64,000 bases of DNA from Antedon mediterranea (Eukaryota > Animalia > Echinodermata), in the NCBI RefSeq assembly GCF_964355755.1, contig NC_092673.1:33477648-33541647 (forward strand), read 5' to 3'. Positions 37,801 through 51,087 of the stretch are shown piece after piece; position 1 is the stretch's first letter; each line of letters opens with the position of its first letter. The position numbers and the translations under genes are program-made. The notes below the pieces were generated by a model. It searched no databases, was not told the origin of the DNA, and worked only from the letters and a program-made list of their open reading frames with translations.

Positions 37801-40126
37801 TGAAATTAATTTTCACTTACTAACAATTTTAGTTAGTAGTCTTTTTTACCCTGGTGAGAAACATTTTTTATCGCATCCTGCAAAAGAGTGTTTTCTGCAT
37901 TGTCCTAAATTCCTTTTTAACAGTACAAACATATTCTAAATACCAGAATTTCCAGAAAACCAGACATATTATGCCAGCCCAAAGGTGTCTGGTATTGGGA
38001 GAGTTGACTGTACTATAGATGCCAATATTTTGTTTTTTAATAGTGCCCTCTATAGTTTTAAGAAGTATTTTTATATGGTTTCATAAATTCTCCCCATGTT
38101 TCATTTTTCCGATTTCTGGCACTAATCATGTTAATGTTAACATGTAGTGTTTGAACCAGTATTGTGTAGCATACAGTCGCCAGACAGACTAATATATGAA
38201 ATTATTTCAATGCAGCTATCGTGAATGTAGTATATGTTTTTAAAATTACAGAATATTTAAATATTTGAACTATAATTAATATGGTTTTACCTTTAGTGCA
38301 TAACTTTCTTGTTGAAAGAACTTGAATTGAACACAGAATGTCTAAAAGATTTTTGATCTATTTATTTGGAAAGAGTGCAATCAATTGGAACTTACTTTTG
38401 TAAAGCAACATTTTTATGTAATCTCTATACTAAATTTGTCATTGCGCCGTTGACTTAATGTTGAAAGCCTAATGGTATTAATAAAAGAAATATACTTAAC
38501 TTACTATAAATAACTATATGTTGACTTGTACATGCTGTAGCAGTGTTTCTTATAACAATCAGTCACATTATACTAGCAATTAGAGGTTTTAAAAAATGAA
38601 ATTTTTTTCTTGTGAACAGAAATGGGTCCTTTTAAAAAATCACAAAGGATATCTTATCTTATGTTTCCATTCACAATCGCCCAAAAACAGTTTTCGGGGA
38701 GCAATTTTTAGCTGCAATGCAAAACTGTTTTTTAGGAAGAAAATTGTTTTTAAACAGAAAAAGGTCCTTAGTGGTATAAATTTATGTTTCATTAAATTTA
38801 TTCAAACAACACATACATAATACATGAATACGTGTATGATGCAAACTGAAAAATTATCTAAAAACCATGGAATTACCTTTTTTTTTGTCTGGTGTGGTTT
38901 CTTCCCACTTGTATTATGATACTCTGTTATAAATATATATATATATATACAAATCCAAAGAGAAATAACTGAAAAATGACAATGCTGTCAGTATCAGTGG
39001 CTGGATCTCAATGGAGACACTGTTTTCTCTCTTTTGTATGTACTGTATTATGTATATATACACAGTGTTAAAAGTAGTAGTACAATAAATAAATACTTTA
39101 TATGCTTGTATTCATAAACCACATTTACCATCATTTACAATTACAGTAATATATATAAATAACAAAATTGCAATAAAAAGATGATAAAGATGAAATAAAT
39201 CAAATCAAAATTGCATTATATTTTCAGTGTTGCTTTTGTGACCTTTGATAAAGTAGAGGGAGCTGAAGCAGCCATCAAAGACATGAATAAAGCTATAATG
39301 CAAGACGTCAGATTGAGGGTATCATTCGCAAGACGTCAACCATTGCAAGAGGGACCAGGGGACTCGTCGTCACCTTGGGCTGATGTTTGTAAGTTGCGTT
39401 TCAGTTTATGATATACTTTCATTTTTATAAAGGTGTGCAAATTTATCCTACAGATCATTAACAATGTATGGTCCTCTAAAAAAATAAAAAATGAAGATAA
39501 ATAAAATATTCAATAGACCGTTTTGTAGTTTTAATAAAGTTGTTCACTTTCATAGAAAACAACAACAAAAATATAGATTTAACTTATAAAAACTTTACAA
39601 AAAGAGGTTAGATTTAATATTAAAAAAAATTTTCTGGTAAATATTTCTTTTTCCATCCAATTTTGATCAAAGTAAATACAGTAACTAGTATGTGAAAATA
39701 AAAAAACATATTCAAAAAAATTATTTAAAGGACAACTTGACCGAGGACCATATTTTAACAACGTATTAGGGATGTACATATCATTTCAGAACCATCGCGA
39801 GATTAAGGATATCGCCGCACTCGCTCTTCGTACAGCTGTCTCTGTAAATTGCTGTGACGTCACAGGTGCATCGAAAAATTTGTGTCATGTAATGAGTTTT
39901 CTGGCAAATCGCGAAAATTTCTAGTAAACACACGTAAATCGTAAAAAATATAAATGTTGATTTTTATTTTATTGTTTCTGCTTTATGCTTATCTGGACTC
40001 ATTAAGTACATTTTTTTTTTATTATTCTTTATTTTCTTTTTAGCATTTAATCGTACGAAACCAAGGCATCAAGACAAACGGTCTGTATTAAGCTACAAAG
40101 AGGATGAAGACCTTTTCTCATCATAA
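34897..40126 (+). CDS. NELFE: Negative elongation factor E (RDBP), 281 aa
   Basis: Exons 34897-34974, 35550-35637, 35998-36059, 36449-36636, 37197-37240, 37627-37768, 39228-39388, 40044-40126 (846 nt, GT-AG, phases consistent). LTEEEEILQQKFALLKKKKRAL, GFKRSK, LYESFVSSSDR, RRM (PKRGNTIYV...AFVTF...LRVSFARRQP), HQDKRSVLSY match NELF-E; no RD repeat. Confidence 0.93.
36667..36865. mobile_element. Chimeric MITE (family B left half, family A right half)
   Basis: Starts GCTCTGTCTAC..ACTATCAAAC and ends CTAGTGGGAACCCAGCT. Confidence 0.7.
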
Positions 40127-41188
40127 CCAAAAGATACGCATACACACACTATTGGATCAAGTTAAGCAGGGTACTATCATAAGCTACTTATCTGTTCACA
40201 TTGTCCTATCTTGTTTGACAAAATATTGATATTGTTCGATTTATGTAATGCATTTGAATACAAAATTGTGATAATATGCTTCTAGATAGATTTATCAGAG
40301 GATGGAATTCACTCCATTCGGGAAAGTTGTGACATGATGTAGACTCCAAATGAATCATTTCAACTTCAGTGCTTGACATAAGGTAAAACTCTGTCTGTGA
40401 GTACTAGGCAGTTGAGGGTGGATCTCTAATGTTCTGCCTATGTTGTTAAAACATCATGGTCGTATGGATTGAAGTGTTGATTCAGCTAGCCACTCCTGAT
40501 GGAATTAGTATTGAATTGGTGAGCTACACCTTGGCGGTGTGGTGAAATAGGAGAGCTGCCACACGGTGATTTGAACTGTCTAATGCCGAGTGATTTTTAT
40601 CAGCAGCAACCTGACGGAATGAAGTAACAGTCATTTTTGTCACATGGAGGAAATGAAATAACACATTTCGAGTTATCTATCATAAAATTTTAAAAAAGGG
40701 AAAAAACACCATAAAAACAGTATACTGTAATTAGTGAAAAGCTGAAAGAAAGGAATAAGATGGAATTCAACAAAAACAAGACCATGTACATGGCTGCAGT
40801 TGCATGCTCATGTTAGTGTTTAACAATCAACCGACTGACTTAGTGAGCTGTAGAGTCATGTTGAACGCGACTAAAAAGAAAGAAAAAATATATAAAACCT
40901 TTATATACAATATAATATACAAAATAATGATAATTCAATTCATCTTTTATTGGTCTAATTCATATAAAAATAAAATCTTTTTTAATACACTGCAGCAGTT
41001 TAAAATACCAAAAACCGGTTAAATTTAATCAACATAACACTGGTATGACACGCCATGTGTGCATAAAAGTTTTTATTTTATGAATATCTAAATTGCTGTA
41101 TAGGATATTGACTAGTTACAGTGGTTTCAATATTTTATGTTCAATATTAGTTATTCATACACAAGAACAATTATACAATATGATATTT

Positions 41189-41275
41189 AACAAGGCCATA
41201 TACATGGCTGCAGTCACGTGCAAGTTAGTTTTTAACGACCGACATAGTGGGCTGTAGAGTCACGCGACTAAAAAA
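41189..41275 (-). mobile_element. Short dispersed repeat, Helentron/HINE-like; related copies at 40774-40877 and 58301-58392
   Basis: Minus strand TTTTTAGTCGCGTGACTCTACAG...CCATGTATATGGCCTTGTT; family assignment is from recalled terminal motifs. Confidence 0.5.
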
Positions 41276-41819
41276 GTGGCAGTGTAGCTTGGCGTTTGGT
41301 TGCTTAACCTAATTCTTGGGTTCAAATCCCATGCCAGGAATTTCTCATGTATTAGATCAGCGCCATTAAATGATTACCTTACTAAGTCTTGAAGCGTGGG
41401 TTTATTTTATAAAAACTAATTGACGTTTAACGCTGTTGGATATTTATTATTTAAATTGGTGTCAAAAATACAACGTGGGCGAAAGTTCATTCACTTCTCA
41501 GCGGTGTTCTTGGTTGGTTTTGGTTTTGCGCTATTAAGTTACACTAATTTCAAATATAAAGTGTTTTTTGGCTCTTATTCTTTACAATGGGAGTTGCGTC
41601 ACTAGACGAAAAGGCATAAAATAACAGCATAAGGCATGAGAATTTATTTAATAGAATAAAAGGATGGTTGATTACACTACCTTTTATCACGAATAAAAAT
41701 ACAGCGAACTGGTAATAAAGAGAGAATGAAAACATTTACAGTGTCAAGCTGAGTTTATTACACCTTTTTTAAGAAAAACTAATTTAGAGAGACGATGAGA
41801 CCGTCTGAATTTTTACTCT

Positions 41820-42138
41820 TACTAATCCAGACCTACTTTTATATAAGTAAAACCTCTGCGTGGACATTAAATCGTTTGTACTATAAGTCTGATTTACTTC
41901 AGAAGGTCAGATGTATAATTGTAGTAAAGTTTGACAAAACGAATTATTGATAGAAGAAATCCATTTAAAGTTCAGTCTTCCCTGATAGTACTAATCCAGA
42001 CCTACTTTTATATAAGTAAAACCTCTGCGTGAACATTAAATCTGTTGTACTATAAGTCTGATTTACTTCAGAAGGTCAGAGGTATAATTGTAGTAAAGTT
42101 TGACAAAACGAATTATTGAAAGAAGAAATCCATTTAAA
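41820..42138. repeat. ~150-bp direct duplication upstream of secreted paralogue A
   Basis: 41820-41969 and 41989-42138 are nearly identical; each contains TATATAA. Confidence 0.9.
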
Positions 42139-42315
42139 CAAAGGCGTGTGATTTCCATTGTTAAACCCTCCTACGTCGCCGAACTATTAAAAGAAAAAAT
42201 CTAGTACACGTCTTTCACGCATTGTGTGTTCTGCTTGTTGAACCGTACAGTTGACAATCAAAGTCACAGAAGTCAAATTTAGGCTTAAAGCAAATCAGTT
42301 GATTTTGTCTTCGGA

Positions 42316-44257
42316 ATGATCGCAATCATGGCTGTGTTAAGGAGAATCGTCGCAGATCTTGTCATTTTAAACGTTGTTTTACTTAGTTTATCGTCGTGCT
42401 GTGTCGGTCGTGTAATCAACACTAGAGATGTTGCAGGCGATCAGCTTTTGGTGAGTTTTTCACATGACATGTTTTAAAATTTGTATAAGAATAGTAATAA
42501 CTAATAGCATAGAGATATAGTGAACTATAATATCTCTATTCTAATAATAAAACAATAAGAAGGAGTGTCCAAACCTTGAAATAACGATAAAACATACCAT
42601 TTCTAAAATGAAACTTGGTAGAAATATGTAAAAATAGTCCACAATGTATTTAAATATTACAAAAAACATTTGAGAATTTTTGTTTTGCTTAAACATAGTG
42701 ATTATAGTCTGGTATTACTTTGGAACACCAGACGTTCGTTTTAATGATAGGGCATAGACAGGAGCAGGTTGTATCACCTAGGATAATATCAGACGTTCGT
42801 TTTAATGATAGGGCATAGACAGGAGCAGGTTGTATCACCTAGGATAATATCAGACGTTCGTTTTAATGATAGGGCATAGACAGGAGCAGGTTGTATCACC
42901 TAGGATAATATCAGACGTTCGTTTTAATGATAGGGCATAGACAGGAGCAGGTTGTATCACCTAGGATAATATCAGACGTTCGTTTTAATGATAGGGCATA
43001 GACAGGAGCAGGTTGTATCACCTAGGATAATATCAGACGTTCGTTTTAATGATAGGGCATAGACAGGAGCAGGTTGTATCACCTAGGATAATATCAGACG
43101 TTCGTTTTAATGATAGGGCATAGACAGGAGCAGGTTGTATCACCTAGGATAATATCAGACGTTCGTTTTAATGATAGGGCATAGACAGGAGCAGGTTGTA
43201 TCACCTAGGATAATATCAGACGTTCGTTTTAATGATAGGGCATAGACAGGAGCAGGTTGTATCACCTAGGATAATATTGAAAGTTGCTAAAGCTGCTCTG
43301 TCTACACTATCAAACTAGTTTGTTTGACAAAAAAGTTTGATGTGCCCATGGTAGTGGTATTCCAAAATATGGTAGTGATATGACATCACCATGTCCATAT
43401 ATGGGGAATCACATTTTTCTGTCACATAAAGTTTAATAAAGTGGAGACAGAGCTTAAGGACGTGGATTTATAGAATAATTGAAAATCGAATAATTTTCTT
43501 TTGTTTGTTACATGCCTATAGTTCCAGCAACGCATTTAAAACATTAAAGGGACGTATAAAATTAACATTTTTTAATTTTTTTTTTCGATTTTTTATTCTG
43601 TTACAGGAACGTGAACTTGACGACTTTAAGGTAAAATGGCTACTTGATAAATTAATGTCGCTCGTCAGCAACGAAGAAAACGTAGAAATAACCACTGTTG
43701 AAAGCATTCAAACTACAGCGCCATCGACAACCACTGCCCAAAAACCAGTTGACAACACCGTGTATATCCAGCACATTGTCAATTGCTACAAATCATATCG
43801 ATTTATTACTGAACAAGGTCTAAGTGAACGTGATAACATCTACAACATTGTAAACGTCCAATGTATGGCAGATCCCACCGTGGAACGATTTGTCAAAGTT
43901 TTAACCGCTTATTATACTTACAAACTCAATAAGGACATTGGGTATAGCGATTACGCTGTGGTGGAGTGGCTGTTTAGCATTTTTGATGAAGACACCGAAG
44001 ACAACCAGATAAACACTGACGTTTATCAAGAAGAGGTAAAGACAACAGCTGCACAACCAACAATAGAACCAACTTCTGAGAATACCACTACCAGAAAGGT
44101 TGAACCTACAACCCTGAAACAAGAAACAACTGAAGAGCAAGATGCCAATGTGCCAACTACATCCTACCCCCTAAATGAAGAGAACAATGGCGAAGACTTA
44201 GTACGAGAGTTACAGCTTGAACGTATACTAAATATATTAAAAAAACAAAGGGGTTAA
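42316..44257 (+). CDS. Unknown secreted protein, tandem paralogue A (261 aa)
   Basis: Exon 1 42316-42450 (MIAIMAVLRRIVADLVILNVVLLSLSSCCVGRVINTRDVAGDQLL, donor GTGAGT); exon 2 43607-44257 with core YIQHIVNCYK...EQGLSERDNIYNIVNVQCMADP, Thr/Glu-rich stalk and C-terminal VRELQLERIL. Confidence 0.85.
42729..43277. repeat. 61-bp minisatellite, 9 copies with no visible differences, in the intron of paralogue A
   Basis: Unit CAGACGTTCGTTTTAATGATAGGGCATAGACAGGAGCAGGTTGTATCACCTAGGATAATAT. Confidence 0.97.
43291..43454. mobile_element. MITE family B
   Basis: GCTCTGTCTACACTATCAAA...GAGACAGAGCT with TAA flanks. Confidence 0.75.
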
Positions 44258-44585
44258 ACTTACGGCACTACCATTGATTATTTTTATTTTTTAAATCATT
44301 GTTTAGTTATAAAACCAGAAAACGAGGCCTAAATATTATAAATTGATGGGTACTTATGTGAACTAATATAATTATAAAACTAACTATAAATACAATATTT
44401 TTCTGTTGTTTGGCTAGTAACTGATTTGTTTAAAACGTGATTTTGTTTTGATACAAATTCAAACCATACTCAGAAAAAATTCTATATAATTGGATAGCAT
44501 TGGATGAAAATAAAGTAAACGTTCTTTATAGCATTGTTTTTGTTTTCAATCGATTGCTTTCCACTTTCGTTTTAAGATGCATTTA

Positions 44586-44651
44586 CATTAGACCGTTTTC
44601 TATACGCGTCCATCATAGTAATGATGGACGCGTATAGAAAACGGTCTAATG
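44586..44651. repeat. Perfect hairpin, 31-bp arms and 4-nt loop
   Basis: CATTAGACCGTTTTCTATACGCGTCCATCAT-AGTA-ATGATGGACGCGTATAGAAAACGGTCTAATG. Confidence 0.95.
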
Positions 44652-45358
44652 ATTGTAATTTACAAGAGCTGGACTTTAATGGTGGTAAATCGCTAAACGT
44701 ACTTCTAATGGATTTGATAAATAAAGAACCGGACGCCATCTACATTTGGTGCCGTTCCTTTTTATTCGTCTGTTAGAATATCCCGTCTTATTTACCATAT
44801 CCACAGGTGGAAACATATGCAAATTAAGTCATTGACCACGGGTCACAACACTAATGCTGAAATGCAGATAGTAAAATGTAGAAAGTAGACATGCGCAGAA
44901 TGAAGAGTTCTTCCTTGAGATCGCACATTTTTCTATTACAAAATCACCTAAATTGTATATAGGCCTAGACCTATTCTTATTGGATAAAACATACCAAAGA
45001 TCTTCATATTTCTAGACAGAATGTTTGCATATTGAGCATGCGCACTGATCGTGTATACAGGCCTTATAAGCAAAACAAAACATTTTTGTTCGGCCAATCT
45101 TCTATTTTACTGGGAAAAATATCGCGTATGTGTGTCGATAAGTTCTTCGAGTAACATTACAGTAGCTCTTTTGTACAATATAGTTAATTGACTTAATTGC
45201 AGGAAGTTATAATAGACATTATTATAAAATACATTTATGAATACCATCGCGTGATTGCAAGGTCTGTTGACACCAAGGAGGGGCCTATATAGGCCTAATA
45301 ACTGACGGCAAGACAGTTTTTAGTTGCTTTTGCGCCGTTTAGCTAAAAGGAGAGAGAC

Positions 45359-46129
45359 ATGATGGTCAGTATTCAAGAGAGTCGTTGCTGATCTTGTTAT
45401 TTTGAACATTGTCTTGCTGAGTTTATCGTCTTGCTGTGTCGCTCGTGTTGTCGTCACTAGAGATGCTGACAATGATGGTGACTTTGAGGTAATGTTTTAT
45501 TTATTACATTTCAAGAATATTTAGGTTTTACCTTTAAAGATTGGATGTTATTAAACAACATAAATTATTATATATCGTAAGAATTGATGCACATCACGTT
45601 TACATGAAGCCCGGACTTACCCGGGTAAGTTAGTTTTTTACCTGTCAAAGTAAGTGATAAGTGTGCCAATGAAACCAACTTACCCGTGTATAATAACTAA
45701 GTATGAACGGGCCGTGTTAATTTGCGCCTGCGTATTAGCAAAGAAAAAAAAGAACTTAATTCTAATGATAAAATATAATCTTTATAGGATCGTGAACTTG
45801 TCATGGCTGTAAAAGAGCTTTATGCCGAACTGATGGAAAAAAGAAACGGCATACAGACCACTACAGTGTCCATTCCAACAACCACTTCCAAGCAGCAGCA
45901 GCAACCTGGTACAAACCTGTATATCCAGCACATTGTCAACTGCTACAAATATTACCAATTTGTTACTGAACAAGGTCTAAGTGAACGTGACGACATCTAC
46001 AACATTGTAAACGTTCAGTGTATGGCAGACCCGAAAGTGGCTCGCCTTGTCAAACTTATGACCGATTACAGATTCAAAGAAAATGATGAAATTGCAGGCA
46101 ACCAAGAGGAAAAGCTTTCGAAGAGGTAA
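45359..46129 (+). pseudogene. Secreted paralogue B with a 1-nt frameshift after the start codon (pseudogene or sequence error)
   Basis: Exon 1 ~45362-45488 reads ATG-GTCA-GTA-TTC-AAG-AGA versus ATG-GCT-GTG-TTA-AGG-AGA in paralogues; the signal-peptide frame has no ATG (TGA at 45360). Exon 2 45788-46129 is open. Confidence 0.7.
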
Positions 46130-46344
46130 AAATACAAAGAATATCCGGAAATATTTCCCGACTAGTAGCAACGTAGCCCGTATTTCATTGTTGTTACTTG
46201 TGATTTCCATTATTCCGTTATTCACGGTATATTGTACTCAGTTTGTACTGTTTTTGGCTTCTTTAAATTTTTTTCAGTTCGTTTAAGACGAATGTTTTGT
46301 AGACTTTAAAATGTCTTTTGTAAATTACCCTTTGATAATATTAC

Positions 46345-46620
46345 TTGAACTTAGACCGTAAGTCTGCAGTGACACATCTCCAGTTGTTTCTACCGGTCCT
46401 CCATCTCTTTCTGCACTGTCCTCCGCCATATTGTTTTGGACCGTCCGACACTTCTTTTGTCTTTGTCTTTCATTGCTGTCAAACAATAAATTGGTTTTCA
46501 TTCTTATCACAAGCCAATCCATTTCCATTTTTTGATCTAACAATAAATTGGTTTTCATTCTTATCACAAGCCAATCCATTTCCATCTTTTGATCTTTGTC
46601 TCTTTGCTTATCTATCCCTA
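46345..46620 (-). mobile_element. RTE-clade LINE 3' fragment
   Basis: Minus strand translates WKWIGLVIRM (duplicated) and KRSVGRSKTIWRRTVQKE, matching the RTE C-terminal WIGH...GRPKTTWRRTV pattern. Confidence 0.7.
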
Positions 46621-48046
46621 AAACCAGGACAATTTGTCAACTAAAACTCGCTCATTTCCGCCATCATGTAAACATTTTCATAGTTATAATGTCTCGCTAT
46701 TTTAGAATTCACTGATTTATTCATTTATTGTGAAAGTAAGATTGAGAAAATCTGCTAGACTAAAAAGGCACCTCAACCGACACTCGAACGCATGACAAGG
46801 GGTTACCATCCGTAAAACCACTGGGGATGATGCATAAATAAATGCTTTTTTATTTATTTTAGCAAAGCATGTTTTAATACAACTGTTTTATTGTATTTGG
46901 GAGATGCAGATAAATATACCTAGTATAATTGATGTAGATATTTTTTGTCAATCTTTATTTAATATTTACTTCAAAAGTTGTGCCGAGACTCTAAAATTAG
47001 ATTCTTAAAAATCAGAACGTAACGGTAATAAAATAGACATGCGCAGAATGAAGGTGTGCAAAGGTTAGATGTTTTTGAAATTTGCGATGCGCTACATCGT
47101 TTCATATCCTATAGGTAAGCGGAAATTTTCTTAAATAAGAGACTTTGGCTCAAAGAAGGGTGGAGCATTGTCACAAGTTCGCAGAGTATCTCCCCAAAAT
47201 TAAACAAACTGCTGATTTAATCCCACCGACAAAATTACCCAGCTAGCGTCTAAAACATCCAGATTTACTAATAGCCCTATACCCTACTTCATCAAATTAT
47301 TACATTCTTAATTTTTTCCCCTGCGAGCTTGCGACTACTCTTTCCTTCTTTGTTTTTTATATATATATATAAATATATTTTTATTATGACATGTATTTTT
47401 ACACGCAATTTGGCTCTTACCCACGAGTTGTAATTATGGTCGATTTTTTATATTTGAAATAAAAGTGAAATAACTATTGAGAGCGCTATGTCAACAAATA
47501 CGAACCAAGCGTAAATGTTAATAATGATGACGCTGTGCAATGACAGTAATTCGTTCAGTGGGTTAAAGTCACGTGATACCACTAGAGCAAATTGTGTCAA
47601 ATGTCGTAACTCTTTATATATCGGCTCTGAATTCGTTATGCATAGATAATTTATATAAACGGTTACGTAATGTAGGCCTCTACGGTATAAAATACGGTGT
47701 AAACGTGTACCCGTTGTTCACTGTTGATGCGGATAGGGCCAGATGATGATGCACCATCGTTGTTATAACTAAAGTAGGCCTATACATGAATTAACTTGTA
47801 CGTGAGAATACTGAACGACATAACAATGCTAACGTTTTTTTCTTTGCGCGAAGGTTAAACGTAATACGCCCATTGTAGAATTTGACAAATGACATAAAAA
47901 TGTAGAAATAATTACTCTATTAGGCTGGCACCCAACCGAATCATAGAGATAATTAAATAAATACTTGTCATTTATTGTGCTAAGCTTGTTCAACAATGAA
48001 AGTTATTGAAATCGAATTTTAAAAATCAGTTTACTTTGTCTCCTGA

Positions 48047-49007
48047 ATGATCGTGATCATGGCTGTGCTTTTATACGTTGTTTTACTAAGTTTATCGTCG
48101 TGCTGTGTCGGTCGTGTAATCAACACTAGAGATGCAGTTGCTGAAGAATTTAATGTAAGTTTGTTTGTGTTTTGTTTTGTAAATTACACTATAGTATTAC
48201 TATAACGTACCTATCCTCTTCGGGCCTCGTAGCCCATAAGTCTGTAGTGACACATCACAGTTGGTTCTATCGTCGCCAATTTGCTTTGCTACCGTATCTC
48301 TCCCCGCACCCCACCCCCTCTTTCTCTTTCTCTTTCTTCTGCCTTCTGATTTTCATTTCATTGTTTCAAACAATGAATATTGGTCTCATCACAAGCCAAT
48401 CCATTTCCATGTTTTAATCTTTGTCTCATTGTTTATTCTTTTCATGTTGGTGGTTTTTAGTATGTAGGCTTAGGCCTATTGTCCTTAGATATAACATAAT
48501 GACCAACTTATTTTAAGTATCATCTGTAGACATTTGAATACTAGTGCATCACGTTTCTGATTATCATGTTCGTTGGTTTTTCATGTCACAACTCCATATA
48601 GCTTTGATAATATTAAAAATATTGTCACTTTATAGGAACGTGAACTTGACATGGTGGTGAAAGAGCTCTATGCCAAATTGATGGAAAAAAGAAACGGCAT
48701 ACAGACCACTACATTGTCCATTCCAACAACCACATCAAAGCAGCAGCAGCAACCTGGTACAGACCTGTATATCCAGCACATTGTCAACTGCTACAAATAT
48801 TACCAAATTGTTACTGAACAAGGTCTAAATGAACGTGATGACATCTACAACATTGTAAACGCTCAATGCATGACAGACCCGGAAGTGGCACGAATTGTCA
48901 AACTCTTAACCACTTACAGATTATCAGAAAATGTTCAAAGTGGTAAAGGCCATAATTTTTCGAAAAGGAAGATGTCGGACGATTTTTCCACGTGGCTACC
49001 GCCATGA
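48047..49007 (+). CDS. Unknown secreted protein, tandem paralogue C (159 aa)
   Basis: Exon 1 48047-48154 (MIVIMAVLLYVVLLSLSSCCVGRVINTRDAVAEEFN; in-frame loss of RRIVADLVI; donor GTAAGT); exon 2 48636-49007 with the conserved core and a short tail. Confidence 0.8.
48210..48445 (-). mobile_element. RTE-clade LINE 3' fragment in the intron of paralogue C
   Basis: Homologous to 46345-46620; ends CAGACTTATGGGCTACGAGGCCCGAAGAGGATAGG on minus. Confidence 0.65.
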
Positions 49008-50029
49008 CCTTTTCTCAACGGTTACAAACGGAGCCCAACGCTCCTACAATTTCGTGACTTCTGCGGTTAACCTCTTCTGTGATTTTTTCCCATTTTATAG
49101 CCTATGCACACTGTTTTGTTAAGTAGTCTTAAATAGTGTAATTTGTAGACAGAAGACGGTGATTCAACTTCAAATGGGTAAAAATGTTGGCACATTTGAC
49201 GTTTCATACGTATAATACGATATTTCTAGCTGAATCATGAGTGTAGTTTAGTGCCACTGGAATATACTAAACATAAAAAATAGAATAACTACAGACTTGG
49301 TTCAAGTTTATCTATGTAATGTTACTTCATATTTCAAGTTTCTATTTAGGAAATGTTAAGGTTTTACATTGTAGTCTTAAAGCTTTCGTGAAAACAACTT
49401 TTAACTAGAAAATTGTTTCTCCTTTTTTAATACTTTTACTACTTTTATAATTGTATTTTTGTTTTATTTCTAATTAAAAGTTGCAAATAAAAATGGAAAA
49501 GGGTCATTGATGTGGATTTTCTTGTATGTGTGTGAAGTCCTTTATCTGCGAAACAGTGTTCATGAAAAGATGGAACATCTGATCTCTAGCGACAATCTGA
49601 TCTCAAAGAAATTATGGAACATCGGATCTCTAACAATAATCAGATCGAAGCAGCCACGAAGAATCAAATCGAAGAAATTAAATGGTGGAAAATGGAATCT
49701 CGAGGTTTAACCATGAAACATTGGATCTCAAGAAAGCATGAAACATTTGATCTCAAAGAAACAATGAACATGGATCTCTAAGAACAATAATCGGATATTG
49801 AGAAAACACAATGAACACCTCACGCACTTACAAGGGTTCAAACATAGAATTTGACCAGCGAAACATTTCAATTGTTATACCCGCCTACGTCACTAATTAC
49901 AAAGAAAGAAATAGAAATACATGTAGACCAAGTATTGTGATCTGTTTACTGAAGCGTTCAATTGACAATCAAAGTCAAATTTAGGCTTAAAGCAAATCAG
50001 TTGATTTTGTCTTCAGAAGGATCGTGATC

Positions 50030-51087
50030 ATGGCTGTGTTAAGGAGAATCGTCGCAGATCTTGTCATTTTAAACGTTGTTTTATTAAGTTTATCGTCGTG
50101 CTGTGTCGGTCGTGTAATCAACACTAGAGATGTTGGTGAAGAGTTGGAGGTGAGTGAATTACATTACATGCAGTGTGTTTACTATTATAATATTGTTATT
50201 TGACCGCTGAGTAACACTGACACGATTAGAATAGTTATGCAAATCATCTGTAGTCATCCAATCGAAACTTGGTCCCGCTCCATTTTTTTGATAATTTTCA
50301 TATTATATACCTTTTCCACGTTTAAGCCTACTATAATCCGATTGCGCCTTATCGGTATGAGACGCCCTAACATAGGGAGGAAGCCGTTAACTTATGTGCC
50401 TGTTACTATACTCTGCTATGTATTATTTTGTTTTGTCATAAACGTAAAAAGATAGATAGATTTAATAAATTAAATAATTATTATGCCATATCATTTTCAT
50501 AGGATCGTGAACTTTTCATGGCTGTAAAGGAGCTCTATGCTGAACTGATGGATGACAGCAACGCCATACAGGCCACTACAGTGTCCATTCCAACAACCAC
50601 ATCCAAGCAGCAGCAGCAGCAACCTGATACAGACCTGTATATCCAGCACATTGTTAACTGCTACAAATCTTATCAATTTGTTACTGAACAAGGTCTAAAT
50701 GAACGTGATGACATCTATAACATTGTAAACGTTCAGTGTATGATGGACCCAGCAGTGGCACGCCTTGTCAAACTCTTAACCGCGTATTTTTATTATGAAA
50801 ACATTGATGTGCCAGGCAGTGACAGTAGTAGCAGTGAGGAAGACAGTTATAGCAGTGAGGAAGACAGTAGCAGCGAGGAAGAGAGTAGGAGCGAGGAAGA
50901 GAGTAGGAGCGAGGAAGAGATACGGACAACAGTTGCACCAACTACGACATCAAACTCAATGACGACTCGTCGACAGAAAACCTCTGAATCGCCCTTGGAT
51001 GAAGAAAACAATGATGACGATGCAGTGCGTGAATTGCTCCTTGAGCGAATACTAATGATGATAAATAAAAAACACATAAGAGGGTGA
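50030..51087 (+). CDS. Unknown secreted protein, tandem paralogue D (234 aa) with SSSEE/SxE acidic repeats
   Basis: Exon 1 50030-50149 (MAVLRRIVADLVILNVVLLSLSSCCVGRVINTRDVGEELE, donor GTGAGT); exon 2 50503-51087. Confidence 0.85.
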
